This document shows positions 47,680 to 57,676 of a DNA stretch of 64,000 nt, piece by piece (position 1 is the first letter of the stretch; each line of letters opens with the position of its first letter). The notes under the pieces were generated by a model that saw nothing but the letters and a program-made list of their open reading frames with translations, searched no databases and was not told the DNA's origin. A program made the translations under genes and the position numbers. Origin of the DNA: Clostridia bacterium (GTDB taxonomy: Bacteria > Bacillota > Clostridia > TANB77 > CAG-508); NCBI GenBank assembly GCA_017517685.1, contig JAFWYK010000010.1:237-64236 (forward strand), given 5' to 3'.

Positions 47680-49038
47680 GTGGATAACAACACAGAATTG
47701 TTTAAAAGATTAATTGAAAATATAGACAGCGAAGCTGTAAGAATACAAATAGCTAATACTTTACCAGAATTATCGATTCTTTCAGAACGTAATTTATATG
47801 CATTTAAAGAATTACTTGAAAAGTATATGACTTATAAAGATGGTAAAGAACAAGTTAGTAAAAAGTGGAGAGCTATATATCAAAATTCACCATCTCCAAC
47901 AGTACCGCTTTCAGTAATGTTGCAAGATGAAAATGTAAAAAGAGAAGCATTTGAAAGTATGGAATTTCTAATAAATTATGGTGATTTTAGAGATTCAGCA
48001 CCATTAGCAGAAGTAATTGGTAGCGTCGAAGGGGGAGCACATGTAATTGCCAATAATTTTGAAGAATTTTTTGCTAATTGTTTAACAGATTTATCAGCTA
48101 TAACATTACCTTGTATGGAAACACCACTTGGTAGAAGAAAAATTAAAGATAATTTTGATAGAATAAAAGGTAGATATTCAGAAAATCAATGGGATACATC
48201 AATAAGAGGATTCTTTGAAACTGTTAAAAGAATGAAAGGGCATCCTGAATTTGCAGAAGAATATAAAAAATATGGATATTTAGCACAAGTCTATGAAGAA
48301 GCAGGAATACCAACGGTTCAGTTTAAAGATCCAATGGAAGTTTTAGAACTTGCAAAACAAGGCTATGATTTCTCAGAAGCTAACATGTTATCAGGTGCTA
48401 GATTTATAAAAGATGAATCCTTTGTAGCATTATTAAAATCACCAGACTTAGAAGAAAAGATGATAGTATTAAAAGAAATCTCAAAAGGTCAACCGTTTAG
48501 ATTTAAAAGCACAGGTTCAACTAGTTTGATTCTTCAAACCGGAGATATGATAGTAAAAATTGGAGCTGGAAGAAGAAAGTATGAAGTTCCATACCATCCA
48601 AGAATAATGATGCCATATTTTAGAAAAAGATATCAAGATGGTTCTTGTATTGAAGTATTTAATTATGGAGATACAAAATCAGCAGATATTACTGATGAAA
48701 AATTATTAGAGATTTATAAGGAACTAGAGGATGCCGGAATTTTATGGGGAGATGCTAGAAAAGAAAATTTAGTTGTACTTAAAAAAGATAATATATTACC
48801 AGATTATATAGCAAGTGATGAATTTAATGTTATGGGATTTTTAGAGCATCCTAGATTTCCAACAAACAAACATAAACCATTAAAAAAAGGTGACATAGTT
48901 GTTTGTGATTTGGATATGCTATATGTAAAGGGAGATCCAAATTATCAAAGAGGAATATTCGATGATGTTGTCTATAATTACATAGATGAACAAGAAAGAA
49001 ACGGGATTTATGCCCGTAGTATGGAATTAGATGAGTAG
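47680..49038 (+). CDS. orphan protein with C-terminal minimal protein-kinase-like domain
   Basis: GTG at 47680 follows AAGGGGA; the alternative ATG at 47623 has no SD. MIVKIG (Lys), GDARKENL (D..x..N catalytic loop, 48751-48768), and VCDLDM (metal-binding Asp). Confidence 0.6.
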   Translation: MDNNTELFKRLIENIDSEAVRIQIANTLPELSILSERNLYAFKELLEKYMTYKDGKEQVSKKWRAIYQNSPSPTVPLSVMLQDENVKREAFESMEFLINYGDFRDSAPLAEVIGSVEGGAHVIANNFEEFFANCLTDLSAITLPCMETPLGRRKIKDNFDRIKGRYSENQWDTSIRGFFETVKRMKGHPEFAEEYKKYGYLAQVYEEAGIPTVQFKDPMEVLELAKQGYDFSEANMLSGARFIKDESFVALLKSPDLEEKMIVLKEISKGQPFRFKSTGSTSLILQTGDMIVKIGAGRRKYEVPYHPRIMMPYFRKRYQDGSCIEVFNYGDTKSADITDEKLLEIYKELEDAGILWGDARKENLVVLKKDNILPDYIASDEFNVMGFLEHPRFPTNKHKPLKKGDIVVCDLDMLYVKGDPNYQRGIFDDVVYNYIDEQERNGIYARSMELDE

Positions 49039-49053
49039 TTAGGAGATTTATAC

Positions 49054-50820
49054 GTGGATAGTAAATATAATTGGAATTTAAAAGAAATTTTTGAAAATGA
49101 AGATGCTTTAGAAAATTCTATAAAAGATTTATATGGATTAATTGAAAAAATTAAAACATATGAGGGAAGACTTTCAGAAAGCGTTAGTGTTATATATGAA
49201 TATTTTAAAGTATTAGAAAAAGCTTTAGAACTACATGAAAGAATATATGCATATTCAATGTTTAAATATCATCAAGATATGAGTTCTCAAGATGCGATTA
49301 AACTTTATAAAAGAGTTGAGAAAATTACAACAGATTTTTCAGAAGCAGAAAGTTTTGCATCACCAGAAATAAGTAAAATCGATGATTCAAAATTAGAAGA
49401 ATACTTGCAAGATGAAAGAATGAAAGAATTTGAAAAATCCATAAGAGATATTATGAAAGATAAAAAACATATTTTATCTGAAGAGGTAGAAAAAGTACTT
49501 GCTCAATATGGTGAGATATTTAGTGCATCAGAAAATACATTTGATATATTTACAAATACTGAATTTGAATTTGAAAATATTTATGATGATAATGGAAATG
49601 AGTTAAAAATGAATGCAGCATTATATTCAAAATATTTAACAGATAAGTCAGAAAATGTAAGAAGACAAGCATTTGAATCAATGTACAAATTATATAAAAA
49701 ACATATAAATACAATTACAGAACTTTATTTAACAAGGGTAAAATCAAGAGTAATTTCAAGCAGATTAAGAAAGTTTAATTCTTCTTTAGATAGTGCAACA
49801 AATGCCGATGATTCAAATGAAGCTGTATATCATACATTACTTGATGCGGTTAACAAAAACTTATATTTAAATCATGAATATTTAAAGTTAAAAGCAAAAC
49901 TTTTAGGTAAAGAAAAGTTAGAAATGTATGATGTATATCTGAATACATTAGAAACAGAAAATACTCATATAGAATATGAAGATGCAAAAAATACAGTGCT
50001 AGATGCATTAAGTATTTTAGGTCAAGAATATACAGATAAATTAAGAGAAGCATTTGATAATAATTGGCTTGATGTATATGAAAAAGATAATAAGATGGGT
50101 GGAGCTTATAGTATGGGAGTTCATACATTACATCCATTTGTACTTTTAAATTATATAAATTCATCAAGAGATGTATCAACAATAGCTCACGAGCTTGGAC
50201 ATTCAATGCATAGTTATTATGCAAGCAAGAATCAAAATATAATTAATGCAAATTATACAATTATGGTTGCAGAAGTTGCTTCAACAGTAAATGAGTTATT
50301 ACTTGCTAATTATTTAATAAATAAAGAACAAGATACAAATAAAAAAGCAGCTTTAATAAATGAGCAACTTGATATGATAAGGGCTACATTAATAAGACAA
50401 TCAATGTTTGCTGAATTTGAAAGAGATGTACATTCAAAAATTGAACAAAATGAAAGTTTAACATCAGATACTTTAAATGAAATTTATTATGAACTTGTTA
50501 AAAAATATTTTGGTGAATCAACAAATGCAAATGAAGAGATAAAATATGAATGGGCGAGAATACCACATTTTTATAGATGTTTCTATGTATATAAATATGC
50601 AACTGGTATAACATCAGCAATAGTTATTGCAAGTAAAATATTAGAAGGTGAACCAGGATATGTTGAAAGATATATTAATATGCTTAGCCAAGGCGGAGCA
50701 AAAGATTCTTTAACACTATTAAGAATGGTTGATGTAGATCTAGAAAAACCAGAAACATATGATAAAGCATTTAAATATATTGAAAATAATTTAAATGAAC
50801 TTAAAAGTTTGATAAATTAG
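49054..50820 (+). CDS. pepF: oligoendopeptidase F (M3B)
   Basis: IAHELGHSMH zinc motif and a family-typical length of 588 aa. Confidence 0.85.
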   Translation: MDSKYNWNLKEIFENEDALENSIKDLYGLIEKIKTYEGRLSESVSVIYEYFKVLEKALELHERIYAYSMFKYHQDMSSQDAIKLYKRVEKITTDFSEAESFASPEISKIDDSKLEEYLQDERMKEFEKSIRDIMKDKKHILSEEVEKVLAQYGEIFSASENTFDIFTNTEFEFENIYDDNGNELKMNAALYSKYLTDKSENVRRQAFESMYKLYKKHINTITELYLTRVKSRVISSRLRKFNSSLDSATNADDSNEAVYHTLLDAVNKNLYLNHEYLKLKAKLLGKEKLEMYDVYLNTLETENTHIEYEDAKNTVLDALSILGQEYTDKLREAFDNNWLDVYEKDNKMGGAYSMGVHTLHPFVLLNYINSSRDVSTIAHELGHSMHSYYASKNQNIINANYTIMVAEVASTVNELLLANYLINKEQDTNKKAALINEQLDMIRATLIRQSMFAEFERDVHSKIEQNESLTSDTLNEIYYELVKKYFGESTNANEEIKYEWARIPHFYRCFYVYKYATGITSAIVIASKILEGEPGYVERYINMLSQGGAKDSLTLLRMVDVDLEKPETYDKAFKYIENNLNELKSLIN

Positions 50821-50925
50821 GCTTTTTTTCACACAAAAAACATAATTTTGTTATATATATAATAATGTGATATAAAAAATAATAAAAGAAAGTAGTAAAT
50901 ATAGCTATATTGGAGGTAGTAATAT

Positions 50926-51606
50926 ATGGGCGATTTAACAGTATTAGTAGTAGATGATGAATCAAGAATGAGAAAGTTAATTAGAGACTTTTTAATACAA
51001 AAGAATTTTAACATCTTAGAAGCAGAAGATGGAGAAAGAGCACTAAAGGTTTATGAAGAAAATAAAGAAAAAATAAATTTAATATTACTAGATGTTATGA
51101 TGCCTAAATTAGATGGTTGGTCAGTTCTTCGTAATATCCGTCAAGAAAATAAAAAATTACCTATTATCATGTTAACTGCAAGAGCAGAAGAACAAGATGA
51201 ACTATTTGGATTTGAACTTGGAGTAGATGAATATATAACAAAACCATTTAGTCCTAAAATTTTAGTAGCAAGAGTTGAAGCTTTATTAAAAAGATCAATG
51301 CCAGAAGTTAAAGAATTAAAAAGTTACGATGGTATTGTTATTGATAATGAAGGAAGAACTGTTACTGTTGATGGGAAACAAGTAGAATTAAGTTTTAGAG
51401 AATATGAATTATTAAAATATTTATTAGATAATGAAAATATTGCATTATCAAGAGATAAAATTTTAAATACAGTATGGAACTATGACTATTATGGAGATTC
51501 AAGAACAATTGATAGTCATATCAAAAAGATTAGACATAAATTAGGTAAAAAAGGTAAACATATTCAAACAATTCGTGGTATAGGATATAAATTCGAAATA
51601 AAATAA
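50926..51606 (+). CDS. OmpR-family response regulator
   Basis: Receiver domain (VVDDE, LILLDVMMP) plus a winged-helix output domain (TVW......SRTIDSHI..IR.K). Confidence 0.88.
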   Translation: MGDLTVLVVDDESRMRKLIRDFLIQKNFNILEAEDGERALKVYEENKEKINLILLDVMMPKLDGWSVLRNIRQENKKLPIIMLTARAEEQDELFGFELGVDEYITKPFSPKILVARVEALLKRSMPEVKELKSYDGIVIDNEGRTVTVDGKQVELSFREYELLKYLLDNENIALSRDKILNTVWNYDYYGDSRTIDSHIKKIRHKLGKKGKHIQTIRGIGYKFEIK

Positions 51607-51618
51607 TAGGGGATATTT

Positions 51619-53133
51619 ATGAAGTTTAAGAATATATTCAAATCTATTCGTGCAAAATTATTTTTAACTTTGTGTATAGTAATTGTTATGATAATTGCAT
51701 TCTTTGTAATTATTAGTAATACTGTTCTAGAAACACTTTACTATACGTCAAAAAAAGATGCATTACTTAATGCTTTTGATTATGTACAAAATAACATACC
51801 AAAAGAATTTAAAGAAGATGAAGCGAATCATTTGAAATCTGATTTAGAGAAAGTATGTGTTGAATATAGTTTTGAAATTGTAATTGAAGACGGAGAAAAT
51901 CAAATATATGTAACAAATAAGAATTTCTCTAAAGATTTTGGTACAGTAAATGATATTACATATAATATTGATTATAGTATTTTTAATAAATCGGATATAA
52001 TGTACGCTAGAAATGATGTTTCTTTAAGAAAAATAATGAGCAAATCAAATGGAATGGATTATGTTTTATTAAAAGGTCATTTAGAAAATGGAAATGAAAT
52101 ATTTATTAGAACACCAATTTCACCAATAGAAGAAAGTGCTGAAATAACTAATAACTTTATCTATGTAATTGGATTTTTGAGTATAGTATTAGGTGGATTT
52201 GCTATATTAGTTATTACTGAAAGATTCACTAAACCAATTGAAGAATTAAATGACATTGCAAATGAAATGAGCAATTTGAATTTCAAAAGAAAATATAGAA
52301 TAAATGATTCTGAAGACGAAATTGATGAACTTGGAAAAAGTATAAATACATTATCAGATAAACTTGAAGAAACAATTCTTCAACTTAAGAAAAATAATTC
52401 TGATCTAGAAAAAGACATTGAAGCAAAATCAAAAATTGATGAGATGAGAAAACAATTTATCTCAGACGTATCTCATGAATTAAAAACTCCAATTGCTTTA
52501 ATTCAAGGATATGCTGAAGGCTTAGTAGAAAATGTAACTACTGATGAAGAAAGTAGAAAGTTCTATACAGAAGTTATTTTAGATGAAGCTAATAAGATGG
52601 ATAAACTTGTAAAAAGATTATTAGAACTTATGAAGCTTGAATATGAAGATAGAAAATTAAATGATGTTAAGTTTGACTTAGTAGAGTTAATTAATGAAGT
52701 AATTAAAAACTCACAAGTAATGCTTAAAGAAAATAAAATTGAAGTAGAATTTAATCAAGATAAACCAGTAATGGTTTTTGCAGATGATTTTTATATTGAA
52801 CAAGTTGTAACTAATTATTTTACAAACGCTATTAAAAATAATATTGAGGTAGGGGGAGTAAAGAAAATAAAAATCTCTATCAAAAAAGGAAAAGAACAAG
52901 GTAAAGTAAGAGTTACAGTATTCAATACTGGTAAAAAGATTGATGAAGAAAATTTAAATAGAATTTGGACAAGATTCTATAAAATTGATGAATCAAGAGA
53001 TCGTTCTAAAGGTGGTACTGGTATTGGTTTAGCACTTGTAAAAGCTATAATGACAAAATATAAAAGTCAATATGGTGTAACTAATAAAAAAGATGGAGTA
53101 GAATTCTATTTTGAAATTACAGAAGCAAAATAA
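51619..53133 (+). CDS. sensor histidine kinase (two TM segments, HAMP, HisKA, HATPase)
   Basis: H-box FISDVSHELKTP, plus an N box and G boxes (GGTGIGLALV). Confidence 0.88.
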   Translation: MKFKNIFKSIRAKLFLTLCIVIVMIIAFFVIISNTVLETLYYTSKKDALLNAFDYVQNNIPKEFKEDEANHLKSDLEKVCVEYSFEIVIEDGENQIYVTNKNFSKDFGTVNDITYNIDYSIFNKSDIMYARNDVSLRKIMSKSNGMDYVLLKGHLENGNEIFIRTPISPIEESAEITNNFIYVIGFLSIVLGGFAILVITERFTKPIEELNDIANEMSNLNFKRKYRINDSEDEIDELGKSINTLSDKLEETILQLKKNNSDLEKDIEAKSKIDEMRKQFISDVSHELKTPIALIQGYAEGLVENVTTDEESRKFYTEVILDEANKMDKLVKRLLELMKLEYEDRKLNDVKFDLVELINEVIKNSQVMLKENKIEVEFNQDKPVMVFADDFYIEQVVTNYFTNAIKNNIEVGGVKKIKISIKKGKEQGKVRVTVFNTGKKIDEENLNRIWTRFYKIDESRDRSKGGTGIGLALVKAIMTKYKSQYGVTNKKDGVEFYFEITEAK

Positions 53134-53138
53134 AAGTA

Positions 53139-53170
53139 AAGTCTTAGGTAGAAATGCCTAAGACTTTTTT
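53139..53170 (+). terminator. intrinsic terminator after the two-component operon
   Basis: GTCTTAGG-tagaaatg-CCTAAGAC followed by T6. Confidence 0.85.
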
Positions 53171-53173
53171 GCA

Positions 53174-53219
53174 TAAAAAAAGAGGGAACCACAGCCTTAG
53201 CGGCCGCGGAATCCCTTTT
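53174..53219 (-). terminator. intrinsic terminator of cassette D (overlaps its stop codon)
   Basis: Minus-strand RNA AGGGAUUCC...GGUUCCCU followed by CUUUUUUU. The stem is imperfect. Confidence 0.5.
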
Positions 53220-53388
53220 TTGTGGTGAGCGGAACAGAAATGTCGACTTTTCTACAGACTCTGAATTCATCGCCTTCTTGGATAACATAAGCCTTAAGCT
53301 CAAGATATCTATCTACTTTCCGAAGGTGAGCGAGTCTTTGGTCCGCGTCTTCTTGGGTTTTTTCCATGAATACATTTGTAAATGTCAT
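53197..53388 (-). CDS. 63-aa soluble protein, unknown (cassette D, foreign composition)
   Basis: ATG lies 8 nt after GGAGGG. MTFTNVFMEKTQEDADQRLAHLRKVDRYLELKAYVIQEGDEFRVCRKVDISVPLTTKKGFRGR. 46 G+C in 53201-53300. Confidence 0.5.
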   Translation of the reverse strand: MTFTNVFMEKTQEDADQRLAHLRKVDRYLELKAYVIQEGDEFRVCRKVDISVPLTTKKGFRGR

Positions 53389-53433
53389 ATGAAAAGCCCT
53401 CCGTTTCGATATAATTGTTGATTCGACTCTTTA

Positions 53434-53462
53434 ATTATATCATAATTTACATAAAATTACAA
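53434..53462 (-). promoter_or_regulatory. promoter of cassette D, overlapping the pflA stop codon
   Basis: On the minus strand: TTGTAA, 17 nt, TATAAT, with TGa extended -10. Confidence 0.5.
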
Positions 53463-54173
53463 ATCTATACCTAAGATTGCTTTAGCAGCTTCAATTTCGG
53501 CTTGAGTAGGTGACTTAACACCTTCTAATGCATACTCATCTTGAAATTCTGCCCATTTAAATTTACCTAAGTCATGATAAGGTAATAATTCAATCTTTTC
53601 AACATTTTTTAATGAATCAATAAAATCTTTTAATCTTTTTAAATCAAATTTATCATCAGTATATCCTGGAATTAATACTTGTCTAATCCATACTGGAACA
53701 TTTAGATTGCTTAAATATTGTGCAAATTCAAGAGTGTTTTTATTTGGAGCACTAGTTAAGTTGATGCATTTTTCATTATCTATATGTTTGATATCAAGTA
53801 AAACTAAATCTGTATATTTTAATAGCTCTTTAATTTCATAAGATACTGGAATACTTCCAGCAGTATCAATTGCAGTATGAATATTGTGTTTCTTTAATTC
53901 TTTGAATAATTCACAAATAAAATCAGTTTGAAGTAGGGGCTCACCACCTGATACAGTTACTCCACCACCAGAACTATCCATATATGATTTGTATTTAATT
54001 ATTTCTTTTACTAACTCTTCGACTGTAATCATCTTACCTGAGTGAACTGACCAAGTATCTCTATTATGACAATATTTGCATTTTAAACAACATCCTTGCA
54101 TAAAGATAACAAATCTTATTCCGGGTCCGTCAACAGTACCAAAAGTTTCAAATGAGTGTATTTTTCCTACCAT
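53457..54173 (-). CDS. pflA: pyruvate formate-lyase activating enzyme (radical SAM)
   Basis: CCLKCKYCHN radical-SAM cluster motif. Lies downstream of pflB. Confidence 0.9.
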   Translation of the reverse strand: MVGKIHSFETFGTVDGPGIRFVIFMQGCCLKCKYCHNRDTWSVHSGKMITVEELVKEIIKYKSYMDSSGGGVTVSGGEPLLQTDFICELFKELKKHNIHTAIDTAGSIPVSYEIKELLKYTDLVLLDIKHIDNEKCINLTSAPNKNTLEFAQYLSNLNVPVWIRQVLIPGYTDDKFDLKRLKDFIDSLKNVEKIELLPYHDLGKFKWAEFQDEYALEGVKSPTQAEIEAAKAILGIDL

Positions 54174-54220
54174 AGGTTTTGCTCCTTAAATCAATTTATG
54201 AGTATATTATATTATAAAAA

Positions 54221-54252
54221 ACAAAAAAGGCAAACTATTAATTAGTTTGCCT
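54221..54252 (-). terminator. terminator/attenuator between pflB and pflA
   Basis: AGGCAAACTA-ttaat-TAGTTTGCCT with a T-run on the minus strand. Confidence 0.7.
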
Positions 54253-54265
54253 TAAATATTTTTGA

Positions 54266-56500
54266 TTAAATGTTTTCGTGTATTGTTCTATTGATAACAT
54301 CTAATTGTTGTTCTCTAGTTAATTTAACAAAGTTAACTGCGTATCCTGAAACCCTGATTGTTAATTGTGGGTATTTTTCTGGATGTTCCATAGCATCTTC
54401 AAGAAGTGCTCTATCAAATACGTTAACATTAATGTGATGACTAAATTTTGAGAAGTATCCATCAAGTAATGCTGTTAAGTTGCTAACTCTAGATTTTTCG
54501 TCTCTTCCTAATGCTTTAGGAATTATGGCAAACGTATATGAAATTCCATCTTCAGCATATTTATATGGTAATTTAGTCATTGTATTTAATACAGCTAAAG
54601 CACCATGTGTATCTCTTCCGTGAATTGGGTTTGCACCAGGACCGAATGGAGAACCAGCTTCTCTACCATCTGGTGTAGTACCAGTAGCTTTACCATATAC
54701 AACGTTTGATGTGATTGTTAAAATTGACATTGTTGGTTTTGAGTTTCTATATGTTGGTTGTTTTTGAAGTTTTTTCATAAACATTTTAACTATATCAACT
54801 GCAATTGAATCAACTCTATCATCATCGTTACCATATTGAGGATAATCACCTTCAACTTTGTAATCAACAGCAAGTCCAGTTGCATCTCTGATTACTTTAA
54901 CTTTTGCATATTTCATTGCAGAGAATGAATCAGCAACAATTGAAAGACCAGCTATACCACAAGCCATTGTTCTTAAAATTTCTCTATCATGTAAAGCCAT
55001 TTCTAATTTTTCATAACAATATTTGTCATGCATGTAGTGGATGATGTTTAATGCATTGATGTATACTCTAGCAACCCAATCACACATTTTATCAAATTTT
55101 TCCCAAACTTCATCATAATCTAAGTATTCTGAAGTAACAGGAATTGTTTTATCTGTAACTTGTTTTCCAGAGATTTCATCTCTACCACCATTGATAGCAT
55201 ATAATAATGTTTTTGCAAGGTTTGCTCTAGCTCCGAAGAATTGCATTTGTTTACCAATTCTCATTGCAGAAACGCAACATGCTATTCCATAATCGTCACC
55301 CCAATATTCTCTCATTAAGTCGTCGTTTTCATATTGGATTGAACTTGTTTTTATTGATAATTTTGAACAATAGTTTTTAAATCCTTTTGGTAATTTTGTA
55401 GACCATAAAACTGTTAAGTTTGGTTCTGGAGCTGGGCCTAATGTTTCTAATGTATGAAGAACTCTAAATGAGTTTTTTGTAACTAATGTTCTTCCATCAA
55501 TACCCATACCACCAATACTTTCAGTTACCCAAACTGGGTCACCACTAAATAGTGCGTCATATTCTGGTGTTCTTAAGAATCTTACCATTCTTAATTTCAT
55601 AACAAAATGATCTATAATTTCTTGAGCATCAGTTTCAGTTAAAACACCTGAAGCTAAATCTCTTTCAAAATAGATATCTAGGAAAGAGGCAACTCTACCT
55701 AAACTCATAGCAGCACCATTTTGTTCTTTAATAGCACCTAAGTATCCAAAGTATGTCCATTGTACAGCTTCTTTAGCGTTTTTTGCTGGTCTTGAGATAT
55801 CAAAACCATATTTTTTTGCCATAACTTTTAATTCTTCTAAAGCTGAAATTTGGTCAAAATGTTCTTCTCTTGCTCTAACAAGTTCTTCAGTAATAGAAGC
55901 GTGGTTTAATTCTTCTAAGTCTTTTTTCTTTTTAGCAACTAAGAAATCAATACCATATAAAGCAACTCTTCTATAGTCACCAATAATTCTTCCACGGCCA
56001 TAACCATCTGGTAGACCAGTAATTAAGTGAGAGCTTCTAGCTGCTCTGATTTCTGGAGTATATGCTGTGAAAACACCATCATTATGTGTTCTTCTATAGT
56101 TGTGATATACATCTGCTAATTTGTCAGAAATTTTTTGGTCATAAGCTTCGCAAGATTTTTCAACGATTCTAATACCACCATTAGGCATAATAGCTCTTTT
56201 AAGTGGTTCTTCTGTTTGAAGACCAACGATTTCTTCCAAATTTTTATCTATATAACCAGCTTCATGGCTTGAAATTGTTGATGCAATATCGTTAGAAATT
56301 GCTAAAACACCACCAGCTTCTCTTTCTTTTTTATATAATTCTAAAACTTCTTCCCATAATTTTGTTGTTTTTTCTGTAGCGTCAGCAAGGAAAGAAGAAT
56401 CACCTTCATAAGGTGTATAGTTCTTTTGAATGAAGTCTCTAACATTTACTTCGTTTTCCCAAGAACCTGAATTGAAATTATTCCATTCTTCAAATCTCAT
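54266..56500 (-). CDS. pflB: pyruvate formate-lyase (glycyl radical enzyme)
   Basis: Catalytic IACCVSAM and glycyl-radical motif [11 protein letters not shown]. Confidence 0.93.
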   Translation of the reverse strand: MRFEEWNNFNSGSWENEVNVRDFIQKNYTPYEGDSSFLADATEKTTKLWEEVLELYKKEREAGGVLAISNDIASTISSHEAGYIDKNLEEIVGLQTEEPLKRAIMPNGGIRIVEKSCEAYDQKISDKLADVYHNYRRTHNDGVFTAYTPEIRAARSSHLITGLPDGYGRGRIIGDYRRVALYGIDFLVAKKKKDLEELNHASITEELVRAREEHFDQISALEELKVMAKKYGFDISRPAKNAKEAVQWTYFGYLGAIKEQNGAAMSLGRVASFLDIYFERDLASGVLTETDAQEIIDHFVMKLRMVRFLRTPEYDALFSGDPVWVTESIGGMGIDGRTLVTKNSFRVLHTLETLGPAPEPNLTVLWSTKLPKGFKNYCSKLSIKTSSIQYENDDLMREYWGDDYGIACCVSAMRIGKQMQFFGARANLAKTLLYAINGGRDEISGKQVTDKTIPVTSEYLDYDEVWEKFDKMCDWVARVYINALNIIHYMHDKYCYEKLEMALHDREILRTMACGIAGLSIVADSFSAMKYAKVKVIRDATGLAVDYKVEGDYPQYGNDDDRVDSIAVDIVKMFMKKLQKQPTYRNSKPTMSILTITSNVVYGKATGTTPDGREAGSPFGPGANPIHGRDTHGALAVLNTMTKLPYKYAEDGISYTFAIIPKALGRDEKSRVSNLTALLDGYFSKFSHHINVNVFDRALLEDAMEHPEKYPQLTIRVSGYAVNFVKLTREQQLDVINRTIHENI

Positions 56501-56762
56501 AAAATCCTCCTAAATGTATTTATTAAATTATTTTCAACATAAATGTTAAAAATATTCATTGACGTTTTTTCTCGATTATAAATTTTAACATAATCAGACA
56601 AAATTTTCAACACTTGCACTAAAGTTTATATATCAAATATGTAACTTTTATGTGAATAAAGTAGGGAGGTTTTGTCAAAAAATCATAATAATCTAATTGA
56701 CAGTATTTTTTTAAATATATATAATTAATATAGAAAAAATTTGAAAAAAGAGGGATAAGGAA

Positions 56763-57338
56763 ATGAAAATAATATTAGCGTCTCAATCACCAAGAAGAAT
56801 TGCACTTTTAGATTTAGCAAAAATTGATTTTGAAGTATTACCAAGTGGTTATGATGAGAAAATTGATAAATCAATGAGTATTGAAGAAATATCAAAAGAA
56901 TTAGCTTATGGTAAAGCTAAAGATGTATTTGATAACACACAAGGAGATAGAACAATTATTGGTGCAGATACAATAGTTGTAAAAGATAATGTGATTTTTG
57001 GTAAACCAAAAGATAGAGCAGAAGCTATTAAAATGTTAAAAGAAATACAAGGTGATGTTCATACTGTTTATACAAGTTTAGCAATATTAATAGAAGAACG
57101 TGGTGAATATAAAGAATATAAAGAAGTTGTTGAAACAGATATAACAGTAAATCCAATGACTGATGCTGAAATTATTGAATATATAGATCAAGAAGAACCA
57201 TATGATAAAGCTGGAGCGTACGCAATTCAAAGTACATTTGCTAAATTCATTGATGAGATTGAAGGAAATTACATGAGTGTAATTGGACTTCCAATTGATA
57301 AAGTTTATAAGATATTAAAAGAAAACGAAATTATATAG
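56763..57338 (+). CDS. maf: Maf-family nucleoside triphosphate pyrophosphatase
   Basis: ILAS.SPRR..LL N-terminus and GAYAIQ motif. Confidence 0.88.
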   Translation: MKIILASQSPRRIALLDLAKIDFEVLPSGYDEKIDKSMSIEEISKELAYGKAKDVFDNTQGDRTIIGADTIVVKDNVIFGKPKDRAEAIKMLKEIQGDVHTVYTSLAILIEERGEYKEYKEVVETDITVNPMTDAEIIEYIDQEEPYDKAGAYAIQSTFAKFIDEIEGNYMSVIGLPIDKVYKILKENEII

Positions 57339-57344
57339 TAAAAA

Positions 57345-57372
57345 TAAAAAACTTCCGAAAGGAAGTTTTTTG
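57345..57372. terminator. bidirectional terminator
   Basis: AACTTCC-gaaa-GGAAGTT flanked by an A-run and a T-run. Confidence 0.8.
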
Positions 57373-57383
57373 TTTTATCTTTT

Positions 57384-57653
57384 TTAATTCATTTTTGCAA
57401 AAACGTTAAATTGTAGAGCTTGTTTTACAGTTTGCCATTCTTCTTCTGGAATAGAAGAAACGATAACTGCATTTGCTCTTTCTTCAACGATTTCTAATAT
57501 ATCTAAATTAGCATATCTGCTATTAGGTTCAAATATATCATCTTTGTTATTTATAGCAACATAGTTTTTTCCATTTGTTTTACATGTAAATGAAAAAAGC
57601 AGTTCCATATTTAAAGTTTCTTTTTTAGTATTTATAATTGTTACTGGTTGCAT
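57384..57653 (-). CDS. hypothetical small protein (DUF1292-like by eye)
   Basis: SD GAGAGG. 89 aa. Weak resemblance only. Confidence 0.45.
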   Translation of the reverse strand: MQPVTIINTKKETLNMELLFSFTCKTNGKNYVAINNKDDIFEPNSRYANLDILEIVEERANAVIVSSIPEEEWQTVKQALQFNVFAKMN

Positions 57654-57676
57654 ATATACCTCTCAAAAATTTATTT

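Noticed and set aside
53106-53303. Minus-strand 65-aa ORF spanning the histidine-kinase 3' end, both terminators and part of cassette D.
   Set aside because: It crosses two terminator hairpins, lacks an SD, and is out of frame with the better-supported 63-aa ORF.
3077-53420. Possibility that the four GC-rich islands are structured RNA genes (tmRNA, RNase P RNA, SRP RNA, large ncRNAs), since GC-rich islands in AT-rich genomes often are.
   Set aside because: I found no GGGG...CCA tRNA-like ends, no GAGGAAAGTCC RNase P core and no SRP domain IV motif. Each island instead carries an SD-preceded ORF filling most of it, with protein-like features (TM helices, a 170-codon open frame). Not fully excluded for the 5' and 3' UTRs of cassette B.
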